DNA from: Dehalococcoidia bacterium
Lineage (GTDB): Bacteria; Chloroflexota; Dehalococcoidia; Bin125
Assembly (NCBI GenBank): GCA_963555985.3
Contig: OY820591.1
Location: forward strand, 1,696,001 to 1,760,000
Reading direction: 5' to 3'
Length of the DNA stretch: 64,000 nt
Both the position numbers and the translations under genes were made by a program. The notes beneath the pieces were generated by a model. That model saw only the letters and a list, made by a program, of their open reading frames with translations. It was not told the origin of the DNA and ran no database searches. Below, one piece after another: positions 20,349-29,670 of the stretch (its first letter is position 1; each line of letters starts with the position of its first letter).

Positions 20349-21155
20349 TTAGAAGCCCTGGAAGTTCGGTTCGCGCTTCTCGGCGAAGGCTCGCGGGCCT
20401 TCCTTGGCGTCCTCGGTTGAGCGGGCGATGACCATGGCGTGGTCGGCCATTTCGAGCGATTCGTGCAGGCCGGTTTCGGCGGAGCGATAGGCGAGACGCT
20501 TGATCATCTGGACCGAGACAGCGGGCATCTTAGCGATCTGCTCAGCCAAGTCAAGCGTGGCGGGCATCAGCTCGTCGTGTTCGACGACTTTGCTGACGTA
20601 GCCCATCTCCAGTGCTTCCTGAGCGTTGAACAGCTTGCCCGTCCACATCAGTTCGAGCGCCTTGGACATGCCGACGATACGGGGCAGGTAGTAGGCGCCG
20701 CCGTCGCCGGGGATCAGCGCCATGCGCACGTAGGCCATGCCGAACTTGGCCCGGTCGGAGGCGATCCGCAGATCAGCCATCGAGGCCATGTCCATGCCCG
20801 CGCCGACAGCCGCGCCATTGACGGCGGCGATGTAGGGCTTCTCGCAGTTGAACAACGCTCGCGGAACCCGCTGGACGGAGTTGCGCAGCGAATTGCGGTT
20901 GGCGGCGGGCGCATTGGGGTCGCCGCCGAGCACGTCTGCGCCGGCGCGTTCGCGGCTGACATCTGCGCCGGAGCAGAAGCCGCGGCCCTCACCGGTGACG
21001 ATGATCACGCGGACATTCTGGTCGACCGAGGCGCGAGTGATCGACTCCTGCCAGGCGTCGAGCATCTCGTTGGAGAAGGCGTTGAGCTTCTCCGGGCGGT
21101 TGAGGGTGATCACGGCGATGTGATCCTGGACGTCGTAGAGCAGTTCGTCGGTCAT
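20349..21155 (-). CDS. Enoyl-CoA hydratase/isomerase family protein
   Basis: ITLNRPEKLNAF, FCSGAD, AAVNGAAVGAG, AFAEKREPNF. Confidence 0.93.
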   Translation of the reverse strand: MTDELLYDVQDHIAVITLNRPEKLNAFSNEMLDAWQESITRASVDQNVRVIIVTGEGRGFCSGADVSRERAGADVLGGDPNAPAANRNSLRNSVQRVPRALFNCEKPYIAAVNGAAVGAGMDMASMADLRIASDRAKFGMAYVRMALIPGDGGAYYLPRIVGMSKALELMWTGKLFNAQEALEMGYVSKVVEHDELMPATLDLAEQIAKMPAVSVQMIKRLAYRSAETGLHESLEMADHAMVIARSTEDAKEGPRAFAEKREPNFQGF

Positions 21156-21193
21156 GGTTCTTCTCCTGTTGAGCGGTCTGAGCTGATGGCGAC

Positions 21194-21985
21194 CTAGTTC
21201 ATCCGCATCCCGCCGTCGACGTTGAGCGACTGGCCGGTGATGTTCTTGGCATCATCGGAGGCGAAGAAGACGGCGGCCTTGCCGATGTCCTCGGGCGTCT
21301 GCTCGCGCGCGAGCGGCATGTTGGCGGCGATCACCGCTTCGAAGCGCTCGCGCCGGTCGACGACTTCCTCGGTGTGGTCGCCGGCGAACATGCCTTCGAT
21401 CTGACGCCAGAGATCGGTCCAGAGCAGGCCAGGGCAGATCGCGTTGACGTTGATGTTGAAGCGTCCGAGCTCGGCGGCCTGGGATTGGGTAATGCTGATC
21501 GCGCCGGCTTTGGAAGCCGAGTATGAGGCCATGCCGCCGCCGAGACGACCGGCAATCGAGGCAATGTTGACGATCTTGCCGCCGCCCTGCTCTCGGAAAT
21601 GCGGAGCGACAGCCGACGTGACTTTCCAGATGCCCTTGAGGTTGACCTCGTAGCAGCGATCCCAGTCGGCCTCGGTTTCGTCGGCCCCGAAGTTGTCGGG
21701 CGGGACGCCGGCGTTGTTGACGAGGATGTCGATCCGGCCCATCTGATTGATTGCCTCAGCGACCTGCGAGGCGATCGAGTCTTCGCTGGTGACATCCATC
21801 TCCAACGCGATCGCAGTGACGTCGTGACCATCCTGCAACTCGCCGGCGGTGCGAACGGCCTCGTCGCTCAGGAGGTCGCAGATCACGACGTTGGCGCCCT
21901 CCCTGGCCAGTTCGGTGGCGATGCCTTTGCCGATCCCGCGCGCTGCGCCGGTGACCAGCGCGACTTTCCCGTTCAATCGTCCCAT
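21194..21985 (-). CDS. SDR family oxidoreductase (tandem paralog A)
   Basis: TGAARGIG, NNAG, YSASK. Confidence 0.93.
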   Translation of the reverse strand: MGRLNGKVALVTGAARGIGKGIATELAREGANVVICDLLSDEAVRTAGELQDGHDVTAIALEMDVTSEDSIASQVAEAINQMGRIDILVNNAGVPPDNFGADETEADWDRCYEVNLKGIWKVTSAVAPHFREQGGGKIVNIASIAGRLGGGMASYSASKAGAISITQSQAAELGRFNINVNAICPGLLWTDLWRQIEGMFAGDHTEEVVDRRERFEAVIAANMPLAREQTPEDIGKAAVFFASDDAKNITGQSLNVDGGMRMN

Positions 21986-22091
21986 GAATTGACTCCAGTT
22001 CTAGCTAGCGATCAGCCTAACGGCCGTCTGCGTACGCGAGTCAGCAGGAGCAGAAGTGGTCGGATTTGTTCGGTCCTGTTCGGGTTCCGGC

Positions 22092-22883
22092 TCAGTTCAT
22101 GCGGATGCCGCCGTCAACGTTCAGCGCCTGCCCGGTGATGTTCCTGGCGTCGTCGGAGACCAGGAACGCGACCGCCTTGCCGATATCTTCGGGCGTCTGT
22201 TCACGACCCAACGGACAGGCGGCGGCGAGCGCAGCCTCAAAGCGGGCGCGGCGGTCGACCACCTCGTCGGCGTCATCACCGACCAGCATCCCCTCGAGCT
22301 TGCGCCACATATCGGTCCAGAGCAAGCCGGGGCAGATCGCGTTGACGTTGATGTTGAAGCGGCCAAGCTGGGAGGCCTGCGATTGGGTGATGCTAATCGC
22401 GCCGGATTTGGACGCGGAATAGGCCGCGATATTGCCGCTGCCGCCGCGACCGGCGATCGAGGCGATGTTGACGATCTTGCCCCCTCCCTGTTCTTTGAGA
22501 TGAGGAACGAGCGCGCTGCTGACCTTCCAGATCGCCTTCAAGTTGACCTCGAAGCAGCGATCCCAGTCCGACTCGACCTCGTTCTGGCTGAGATGGTCGG
22601 GAGCGACACCGGCGTTGTTGACCAAGATCTGAATGTCGCCCAGTTCGGCGCGAGCGCGTTCCACAGCGGACTCGATCGAGTCCTCGCTGGTGACATCCAT
22701 CTCGACCGCCATCGCTCGGCGTCCCAGAGCTCGGATCTCGCCGGCCGTAGCTTCGGCGGTCTCGAACAACAAGTCGCCGATGATCACGTCTGCGCCTTCT
22801 TTGGCGAGTTCCAGTGCGATCCCGCGTCCAATGCCGCGCGCGCCGCCGGTGACGAGGGCGGTGCGATCATCGAGTCGGCCCAT
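22092..22883 (-). CDS. SDR family oxidoreductase (tandem paralog B)
   Basis: TGGARGIG, NNAG, YSASK; closely similar to 21194-21985. Confidence 0.93.
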   Translation of the reverse strand: MGRLDDRTALVTGGARGIGRGIALELAKEGADVIIGDLLFETAEATAGEIRALGRRAMAVEMDVTSEDSIESAVERARAELGDIQILVNNAGVAPDHLSQNEVESDWDRCFEVNLKAIWKVSSALVPHLKEQGGGKIVNIASIAGRGGSGNIAAYSASKSGAISITQSQASQLGRFNINVNAICPGLLWTDMWRKLEGMLVGDDADEVVDRRARFEAALAAACPLGREQTPEDIGKAVAFLVSDDARNITGQALNVDGGIRMN

Positions 22884-22913
22884 CCGATCATCCCTGTCCA
22901 AGTCCAAGCGCGT

Positions 22914-24230
22914 TCAGAGGCGCTCAGGGCGCTGTTTCGCCCGTTTCTGCGGTGCGTATCGGCTGCCGATCAGGCTAGCGGCCAGTTGGGTCAGAGGTTT
23001 GCGATGCATCTTCGCCATCAGGATCAGCAGCGCCAGTGTGAGCGCGTTCACCGCGGCGATCACGACCAGCACCGGTCGGTAGTTGTCGTCCACCGCATCC
23101 AGCAGCACACCGGCGGCGAACGGCCCGATCGCGAGCGCGACATTGCCCATCGCGGTCTGCAAGGCCATCAGCGTGCCCAAGCGACGCAGCCCGAACACGT
23201 CGGACGCGATCAATCCTTGTAAGGGCATCGTCTGTCCCCAGACCAGCCCGGCGATGATCGCGGAGAGATAGATCCAGAAGATCGGACCCGCCGCCAGCAA
23301 CGCTAGCGTGCCCAGCAGCATCACCGCGTAGCCCACGCCGAGCGCGGGACGCAAACCGAGCAACGAAGCCATCGGACCGATCAGAGCACGCCCAGGGATC
23401 GAAAGAAAGCCCCGCAGACCAGTCAGCGCAGCGGCCGCGGTGATCGACATACCCGCCGCCGTAGACGCCGGCACAAAGTGATTGAGCAGCGCGCCCAGAC
23501 CGAAGGAACTGGCGATCACCATCGCCAGCATCACTTGCACCTCGCGCGACCGCAGCGCCTCCCGTACGCCGCCGAACCCATGCTGATCCGCTGGACGACC
23601 GGCGCCCGCCGCTGTTGGCTCCGGCGGCGGGATCGGCGGCAGGCGACGAACGCTCAGCGCGGCCGGCAACGAGATGGCGGCCGCCACGATCAAGAGGATT
23701 CGCACCGCCCAGCGCCAGCCGAATTCGTCGGTAAAGAGCCCGGTCAGCGGCATGAAGATCACCGAGGAAAAGCCGCCCGTCGTGACCAGCACCGTCATCG
23801 CGGCAGTCTGGCGCTGGGGGAAGAGCCGCGCCGCGATCGGCATGGTGACGTTGTAAAACAGCCCCGCGATCGTGACCGCGCCGCCGAGCGTCCAGAGCAC
23901 GATGAACAGCCAGATATTCCCGGAAAACGAGGCGGCCATCAGGAAGACGGTGCCGGCGATCAGTCCGCTCCAGAGCACCGGTCGCGGACCGAATGCGTCG
24001 AGGATGCGTCCTGAGACCAGTGATGCGGCCGCGCCGAGCAGGTACGAGCCCATGAAGGCAGCGTTCACTGCCGCCGACGACCAGCCTTCGTCTTCCTGGA
24101 TCGGACCGGCGATGATCCCAAAGCCATAGAGCACCAGTCCGTAAGCGCCGCATGTCAAGATGCCGAGATAGATGATCTGCCGCCACGCCAAGAGCCAACT
24201 GGCGACCTCGCGCGGCGGTGGCAGCTTCAT
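22914..24230 (-). CDS. MFS transporter
   Basis: GRILDAFGPR motif A; about 12 hydrophobic segments. Confidence 0.88.
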   Translation of the reverse strand: MKLPPPREVASWLLAWRQIIYLGILTCGAYGLVLYGFGIIAGPIQEDEGWSSAAVNAAFMGSYLLGAAASLVSGRILDAFGPRPVLWSGLIAGTVFLMAASFSGNIWLFIVLWTLGGAVTIAGLFYNVTMPIAARLFPQRQTAAMTVLVTTGGFSSVIFMPLTGLFTDEFGWRWAVRILLIVAAAISLPAALSVRRLPPIPPPEPTAAGAGRPADQHGFGGVREALRSREVQVMLAMVIASSFGLGALLNHFVPASTAAGMSITAAAALTGLRGFLSIPGRALIGPMASLLGLRPALGVGYAVMLLGTLALLAAGPIFWIYLSAIIAGLVWGQTMPLQGLIASDVFGLRRLGTLMALQTAMGNVALAIGPFAAGVLLDAVDDNYRPVLVVIAAVNALTLALLILMAKMHRKPLTQLAASLIGSRYAPQKRAKQRPERL

Positions 24231-24252
24231 GGGCGCAGGGTACGCTGCGCCT

Positions 24253-24750
24253 ATGCAAGATCGGTCCTCAAGCCACAGCGTCACGGTCGAACGCCAGCGA
24301 CTGCGTTTCGCTGCCGGACACTTCGCCACCTTCGCCGACGAACTCGAACCGATTCACGGGCACAACTACGACGTCTTCGTCGAGGTGATCGGCCCGCTTA
24401 CCGAAGAGTCGTGGGTGATCGACTTCTCCCTGCTCAAGCGCCTCACGCGCGAGGTCTGCGAGACGCTCGATCACAAGTTTCTGCTGCAAATGGACTCGCG
24501 CACGCTCACGATCACCGACGACCACACCCACTACCTCATCCAGTACCGCGACGAACTCTCCTACCGCCTGCCCAAGCACGATGTGGCCGCGCTGCCCATC
24601 GACAACAGCACGGCGGAGCGCCTGGCCCAGTACATCGCGGGCCAGCTGATGGCCTCGCTGGAGGCCGCCGGGCCGCCTGGTCTCGCCCGCCTGCGCGTGG
24701 GCGTGGAGGAGATGCCCGGTCAGGCGGCCTGGTTCGAGACGGAGCTCTGA
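24253..24750 (+). CDS. 6-pyruvoyl-tetrahydropterin synthase (QueD/PTPS) family, ExxHGH type
   Basis: FAAGHF, EPIHGHNY, VIDF..LK, LDHKFL, NSTAERLA. Confidence 0.88.
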   Translation: MQDRSSSHSVTVERQRLRFAAGHFATFADELEPIHGHNYDVFVEVIGPLTEESWVIDFSLLKRLTREVCETLDHKFLLQMDSRTLTITDDHTHYLIQYRDELSYRLPKHDVAALPIDNSTAERLAQYIAGQLMASLEAAGPPGLARLRVGVEEMPGQAAWFETEL

Positions 24751-25301
24751 TGCCGGACAGCAACGGCAAGACTATCGTCCTGGTGCTCTACGACTCGCAA
24801 GGCCTGGTGGCGGAACTGGCCAAGTCGATCGTGGCGGGCGCGGCCTCGGTCGAAGGCGTGGAAGTCTGGGATCGACCGCTCGACAGCGCCGACAAAGACG
24901 AGTTGGTCAAATGCGACGCGCTGATTCTGGGCAGCCCCAACTGGACGGGCATCACCGGGCGGCTTAAGCACTGGTGGGACTACACGGGCGACCTCTGGGA
25001 GTCGGGCGAGCTCGCGGGCAAACCCGCCGCCGCCTTCAGCGCCGGCTGGAGTCCCTCTGGCGGCCTCGAGGCGACGCTGCTACAGCTGGTGCATCTGCTT
25101 ATCGGTCACGGGATGCTCATCGTCGGTCTGCCCTGGACCTCAACGATGAACCACAGCGGCAGCTACTACGGAGCAACAGCCGTCCGCAAAGTGACCGATC
25201 TGGATCGGGAGCAGGCCCGGAACCTAGGCGCGCGAGTATCCGAGTACGCGCTGCGATTGCGTGAGGAGGAAGCGAGTGGAGCCAAACAGGCAGATCTTTA
25301 G
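24750..25301 (+). CDS. Flavodoxin-fold WrbA-like NAD(P)H:quinone oxidoreductase
   Basis: TGATG coupling; DALILGSP, LAGKPAAAFS, GGLEATL, HGMLIVG, YGAT. Confidence 0.85.
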   Translation: MPDSNGKTIVLVLYDSQGLVAELAKSIVAGAASVEGVEVWDRPLDSADKDELVKCDALILGSPNWTGITGRLKHWWDYTGDLWESGELAGKPAAAFSAGWSPSGGLEATLLQLVHLLIGHGMLIVGLPWTSTMNHSGSYYGATAVRKVTDLDREQARNLGARVSEYALRLREEEASGAKQADL

Positions 25302-25352
25302 AGCTCTCACTCGCGCTCCATCGCAACAACATCGAGGGCGTTCACCAGGACA

Positions 25353-25928
25353 TCAGTCGGAACGATGTTCTCTGATTGCGGAAACAATCGCCTCTCTCGA
25401 CTCATCTCGATCCCGAAGGTGCTCAGCGAATTCCCTGCCCGGATGCAAAGTGTCCCACTGGGATCGCCTCTGATTCCGGCGTCCTCTGCCGGGGTCCTTG
25501 ACGCCGAACCCGTCCACCGCAACATTCCAAAGCGGCTGGTAGCGGGCGATCAGCACTTGCTCAGTCAGCCCTATCCATACCGGGTCGAGGACCAGCCAGC
25601 GGCAAGTGAAATCATCCAGGTCCAGATTCCTCGCAGCCGCAATCGAGCGGGCGTGTTGCGTGAGCCGTTGGTAGAGCGTGGAGGCTCGTCGCGCTGTAGC
25701 GGCTACGCGCCCCTGTCGGCGTCCGGGCGGGGCGGCCTTGCCTACGTAGATCGGCTCATTGGGATCCATGTCGGCGTAGGCGTGGAACGAGCCAGCGCAA
25801 TGCAGCGTGTAGACCCCAGGGCCGAAAAACGACTCGGGCGGCGGCAGTGTCGCCGGCGGATACTCCATCAACGCCAGAGCCGCATTGCGCCCAATCTCGT
25901 CAACGCTGAGCGGGTTGTACTCCCGCAT
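25353..25928 (-). CDS. Eco29kI-family GIY-YIG restriction endonuclease
   Basis: GVYTL...PIYVGKA, L..RL..H..SI, PLWN..VDGFG..DPGRGR..Q.RS.WDTLHPGR, characteristic of Eco29kI/Cfr42I. Confidence 0.85.
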   Translation of the reverse strand: MREYNPLSVDEIGRNAALALMEYPPATLPPPESFFGPGVYTLHCAGSFHAYADMDPNEPIYVGKAAPPGRRQGRVAATARRASTLYQRLTQHARSIAAARNLDLDDFTCRWLVLDPVWIGLTEQVLIARYQPLWNVAVDGFGVKDPGRGRRNQRRSQWDTLHPGREFAEHLRDRDESREAIVSAIREHRSD

Positions 25929-25931
25929 ACG

Positions 25932-26627
25932 CTATCTCTCGCAACTACGGTCGTTGCGGCAGACGATCCAGAAGCAGTGGCGCTTGCGGGCGTGATGGGC
26001 TGTCTTCCACTTCGTTGAGACCATCGGTCCGGTACGCACCTTGACGATCAGGTCGCAGACGGTGAATCCGGCCTCCTCGGCCATGCGCATAAAGTCCACG
26101 TGCGCCCACTGGGAGCGGTGAGAGTTCACCATGTCCGTGATCTTCGCCAGCAGCAGACCTCGAGGTTTGAGCACCCGCCTCGATTGCTCGAGGAACGGCG
26201 GATAGAGGTAGCTCAGCGTCCAGCCGTGCTCCTTACCGCATTCGACGGTCGCCCCAAAGTCCTCGTCGAACCGCTTGCTGCTCTTGCCGCGCCCCTGCGG
26301 GCCGACGTGGGGCGGGTCATAGACGACGACCCCATAGGCATCGTCAGGAACGCCGATCATTTTGCGGTTGTCGCCGACAATCATCGGCTTGAACTTGGGA
26401 TCGATGTCCATCGACACCACATCGCGAGTGGACCCCTTCCAGAACCGGCCTCGGTTGTAGGTCGCGTCCAGGATCGGCTCTGGCGGGATCGACGAATAGA
26501 AGTTCAGCATCTGCTCGATCAGGTCGCCATCATTTCCCTCCCACACGCTGCTCAGAGGCCGGTACTGCTCTGTCTCAGTCGGAAGCTGCGGCTCGACGCC
26601 TTGTCTGAGAAGACCACTCATGATCAC
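25932..26627 (-). CDS. Putative DNA amino-methyltransferase
   Basis: ILDATYNRGRFW (motif I variant), YDPPH (motif IV variant), RVLKPRGLL; 3 nt upstream of the nuclease gene. Confidence 0.65.
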   Translation of the reverse strand: MIMSGLLRQGVEPQLPTETEQYRPLSSVWEGNDGDLIEQMLNFYSSIPPEPILDATYNRGRFWKGSTRDVVSMDIDPKFKPMIVGDNRKMIGVPDDAYGVVVYDPPHVGPQGRGKSSKRFDEDFGATVECGKEHGWTLSYLYPPFLEQSRRVLKPRGLLLAKITDMVNSHRSQWAHVDFMRMAEEAGFTVCDLIVKVRTGPMVSTKWKTAHHARKRHCFWIVCRNDRSCER

Positions 26628-26867
26628 TCTCCCGCAGTCATTCTAGCTATTGCGTTCCGTCTGGCAAGAACAGCAGAGCAGAGCGTTCTCAGCCCCGAGT
26701 TGCCCCCGGAACATCATCATCCTACACCCCATATGAGGAAGGTGCATAAGCCGTATCTCATTCTATGGGCAACGAGAGACGCCGTAAGATTCGCAGGAGT
26801 GGATATGAACCAAGGAATCGACTAAGACTTATCTCGGACAGCTCTGCTGTCGAGCGAGGATTGTTGA

Positions 26868-27311
26868 ATGCCCGACGCCTACGATCCGCACCAACTGCTC
26901 GGCGTCTCCCCAAGCGCATCGGAAGCGGAGATTCGCAGCGCCTACCGGCGCAAGGCCAAGTCCGTGCATCCGGACGTGAACGACGCGCCCGACGCGGCTG
27001 CCCAGTTCGTGGCCCTGCAAGCCGCCTTCGACCTGCTGCTGGAGCGCACCCGCCATCCGCAGGGAGCAGGATCGCCGCAGCCGCCGCTAGACCCGGAGGC
27101 CGAAGCGGAACGGCGCGAGCGCGTGCTGCGCACAAACCAGCGCAAGCGCGAGCGCGACCGCCGCAGACGAACCTCGAGAGGCGGACGAGCCCGCGCAGAG
27201 GCCCACCGCGCGCAGTCCGAGAACGAGCGCCTGCGCCAGGAAGTCGAACGCCGCCGCGCCGCCCGCCGGCAGGCAAGAGGGCAATCCGCAGAACGGGAAC
27301 GCGACCTGTAA
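26868..27311 (+). CDS. J-domain (DnaJ-like) protein
   Basis: DPHQLLGV...EIRSAYRRKAKSVHPDVN...F..LQAAFDLL, followed by a charged tail. Confidence 0.85.
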   Translation: MPDAYDPHQLLGVSPSASEAEIRSAYRRKAKSVHPDVNDAPDAAAQFVALQAAFDLLLERTRHPQGAGSPQPPLDPEAEAERRERVLRTNQRKRERDRRRRTSRGGRARAEAHRAQSENERLRQEVERRRAARRQARGQSAERERDL

Positions 27312-27696
27312 CAGCCGCGACAAACGCCCGCTCCCGCTCAGATCCGGATCCGTCGCAGAACGCTCGTACGCATATAATCGGCCAAGCTCAGCCCCTCCCT
27401 ACCGCCAACGAGACCCGGCATGACCACTCCAACCAGTCTGGACAAACCGAGACAAACCCGGACACACAGCCTAATTTCACTCAAAAACACCGACCAAATC
27501 TATACAGATCTGGACAAATCTGGACTTTTCCGGACTACCTACCGCCCAATTTCCCGCCCACAACGGCAAATTCGCTCTATCCGCTCAGAAATTCCCTCAT
27601 ACCCCAGCCAAACCTGCGATCCCCGTGCTTCGTCCATCTGCACAGACCCTAGAATCCCAAGCCAAGCGTCCGTTGAGCGACAGCGAGGAAACGCAT

Positions 27697-28581
27697 ATGG
27701 CTGATTACGCGAACCTCCTCGTTGATGTTGACGGGCCGGTGGCCACGATCACGCTCAACCGGCCCGAAAAGCTGAATGCCCTCTCGGAGGCGCTGCGCGG
27801 CGATCTCGCGGCGGCGTTGCGCGAGTTGAATCCAGGCGACGCCGTGCGCGTAATTCGGATCAAAGGCGCGGGGCGGGCGTTCTGCGCCGGCTACGACATC
27901 ACGCCCAGCGACAACGATTTCCAGTTCATTCCCAGCCGACGCACGGGCGACCAGGCCTGGGAGCTGGGCGAGTCAATGGCGGCGATGAACCGCGAGCATC
28001 TGCGCGATTCCATCGAACGCTGGCTCTGGATCTGGTCCTACCGCAAACCGATCATCGCCCAAGTCCACGGCTGGTGTCTGGCCGGCGGCAACGACCTGGT
28101 CGGCACCTGCGACCTCATCTTCGCCGCCGAAACCGCTCGCTTCGGTCACCCCGCCGGCCGGGCGTTAGGCCAACCGCCCACCCTCGGCATGTGGCCCCTC
28201 AAGATCGGCCTGCTCAAGGCGAAGGAACTGCTCTTCAGCGGCGACACGATCGACGGCCTCGAAGCCGAGCGGATCGGCATGATCAACCGCGCCTATCCGC
28301 AAGCAGACCTCGATCGGGAAGCCATGGCCTACTGCCAGCGCATCGCCCAAGTGCCGATGGACGGCCTCACCGTCCACAAGCACTCCACCAACCGCTGGGC
28401 CGAGCTGATGGGCGTGCGCATGTCGGCGATCGAGGGAGCGGAATTCAACGCCATCTTCGCCGAAGCCCCCACCATCGCCGAATTCGGCAAGATCTCTCGC
28501 TCGAAAGGCCTCAAAGCAGCCCTGGAGTGGCGCGACAATCCCTTCGGCGATGGCCGCGGGGCGGTTCAGCGTTCGGAGTAG
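27697..28581 (+). CDS. Crotonase/enoyl-CoA hydratase family protein (tandem paralog A)
   Basis: ITLNRPEKLNAL, FCAGYD, IAQVHGWCLAGG. Confidence 0.92.
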   Translation: MADYANLLVDVDGPVATITLNRPEKLNALSEALRGDLAAALRELNPGDAVRVIRIKGAGRAFCAGYDITPSDNDFQFIPSRRTGDQAWELGESMAAMNREHLRDSIERWLWIWSYRKPIIAQVHGWCLAGGNDLVGTCDLIFAAETARFGHPAGRALGQPPTLGMWPLKIGLLKAKELLFSGDTIDGLEAERIGMINRAYPQADLDREAMAYCQRIAQVPMDGLTVHKHSTNRWAELMGVRMSAIEGAEFNAIFAEAPTIAEFGKISRSKGLKAALEWRDNPFGDGRGAVQRSE

Positions 28582-28594
28582 CGATATCGGATCT

Positions 28595-28664
28595 CGTCAT
28601 GCCCGCGAAGGGAGACCTTTGCGTAAATCAAAGATCGTCATACCCGCGCCTGTCGCGGGTATCT
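28595..28664. repeat. Pair of GTCAT(N)CCCGCG REP-like palindromes
   Basis: CGTCATGCCCGCGAAGGG and CGTCATACCCGCG...CGCGGGTATC; same family as 63969-63993 in the opposite orientation. Confidence 0.6.
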
Positions 28665-28779
28665 CACCATGATCTGCACCGTCGTCGCGAACACGGCGAG
28701 ATTGCCGCGGCGGAGCGCGGCAATGACGGAAGCAGGCTGCCCAGTACCATTCGATCGATTCCCATTGAAGGAGCGCGGC

Positions 28780-29664
28780 ATGGCTGAATACGAAAACGTC
28801 CTCATCGACATCGACGGACCGGTGGCGACGATCACGCTGAACCGGCCCGAAAAGCTGAACGCGATCTCGGGCGAACTGCGCGACGATCTCGAAGCGGCGC
28901 TGCGTGAGCTCAATCCGGGCGACGCCGTGCGCGTGATCCGGCTCAAGGGCGCCGGACGCGCATTCTGTGCCGGCTACGACCTCTCGCCGGAACGCGGCGC
29001 GCTTGGTTGGCGTCCGAACGATCGCACGGGCGATCAGGCCTGGGAGCTGGGCGAGTCGCGGATCGCGCTCGACCGCGAGGGTCTGCGCGCGAGCGTTGAC
29101 CGCTGGCTCTGGATGTGGTCCTACCGCAAACCGATCATCGCCCAAGTTCACGGCTGGTGTCTGGCCGGCGGCGGCGAGATGATCGGCGCTTGCGATCTGG
29201 TCTTCGCCACCGAGACGGCGCGGTTTGGTCACCCCGCCGGGCGTGCACTCGGCATCCCGCCCACACTCGGCATGTGGCCGATCAAGATCGGGCTGCTGAA
29301 AACGAAGGAACTGCTCTTCAGCGGCGACACGGTCGACGGTCTGGAGGCGGAGCGGATCGGCATGATCAACCGCGCCTATCCCGAAGATCGTCTGGACGAA
29401 GAGACGATGGCCTACTGCCAGCGGATCGCGCAGGTGCCGCTGGACGGTCTGACCGTGCATAAGCACTCGGCCAACCGCTGGTTCGAGCTGATGGGACTGC
29501 GCACCGCCGCCGCCGAGGGCGCAGAGTTCGACGCGATCTGGCACGAAGCGCCGACGATCAACGAGTTCGTCCAGATTTCGCGCGAAAAGGGCCTCAAAGT
29601 CGCCTTGGAGTGGCGCGACGACCCGTTCGGCGACGGCCGCGGCGCACTCCGCCGGCGGACGTAG
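28780..29664 (+). CDS. Crotonase/enoyl-CoA hydratase family protein (tandem paralog B)
   Basis: Same motifs as, and closely similar to, 27697-28581; AAGGAG RBS. Confidence 0.92.
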   Translation: MAEYENVLIDIDGPVATITLNRPEKLNAISGELRDDLEAALRELNPGDAVRVIRLKGAGRAFCAGYDLSPERGALGWRPNDRTGDQAWELGESRIALDREGLRASVDRWLWMWSYRKPIIAQVHGWCLAGGGEMIGACDLVFATETARFGHPAGRALGIPPTLGMWPIKIGLLKTKELLFSGDTVDGLEAERIGMINRAYPEDRLDEETMAYCQRIAQVPLDGLTVHKHSANRWFELMGLRTAAAEGAEFDAIWHEAPTINEFVQISREKGLKVALEWRDDPFGDGRGALRRRT

Positions 29665-29670
29665 CGTCCG

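Noticed and set aside
28768-28780. 13-nt match (AAGGAGCGCGGCA) between a CRISPR spacer (62047-62059) and the RBS of the second crotonase gene
   Set aside because: Too short and GC-rich; a match of this length is plausible by chance in 64 kb, and the rest of the spacer does not align.
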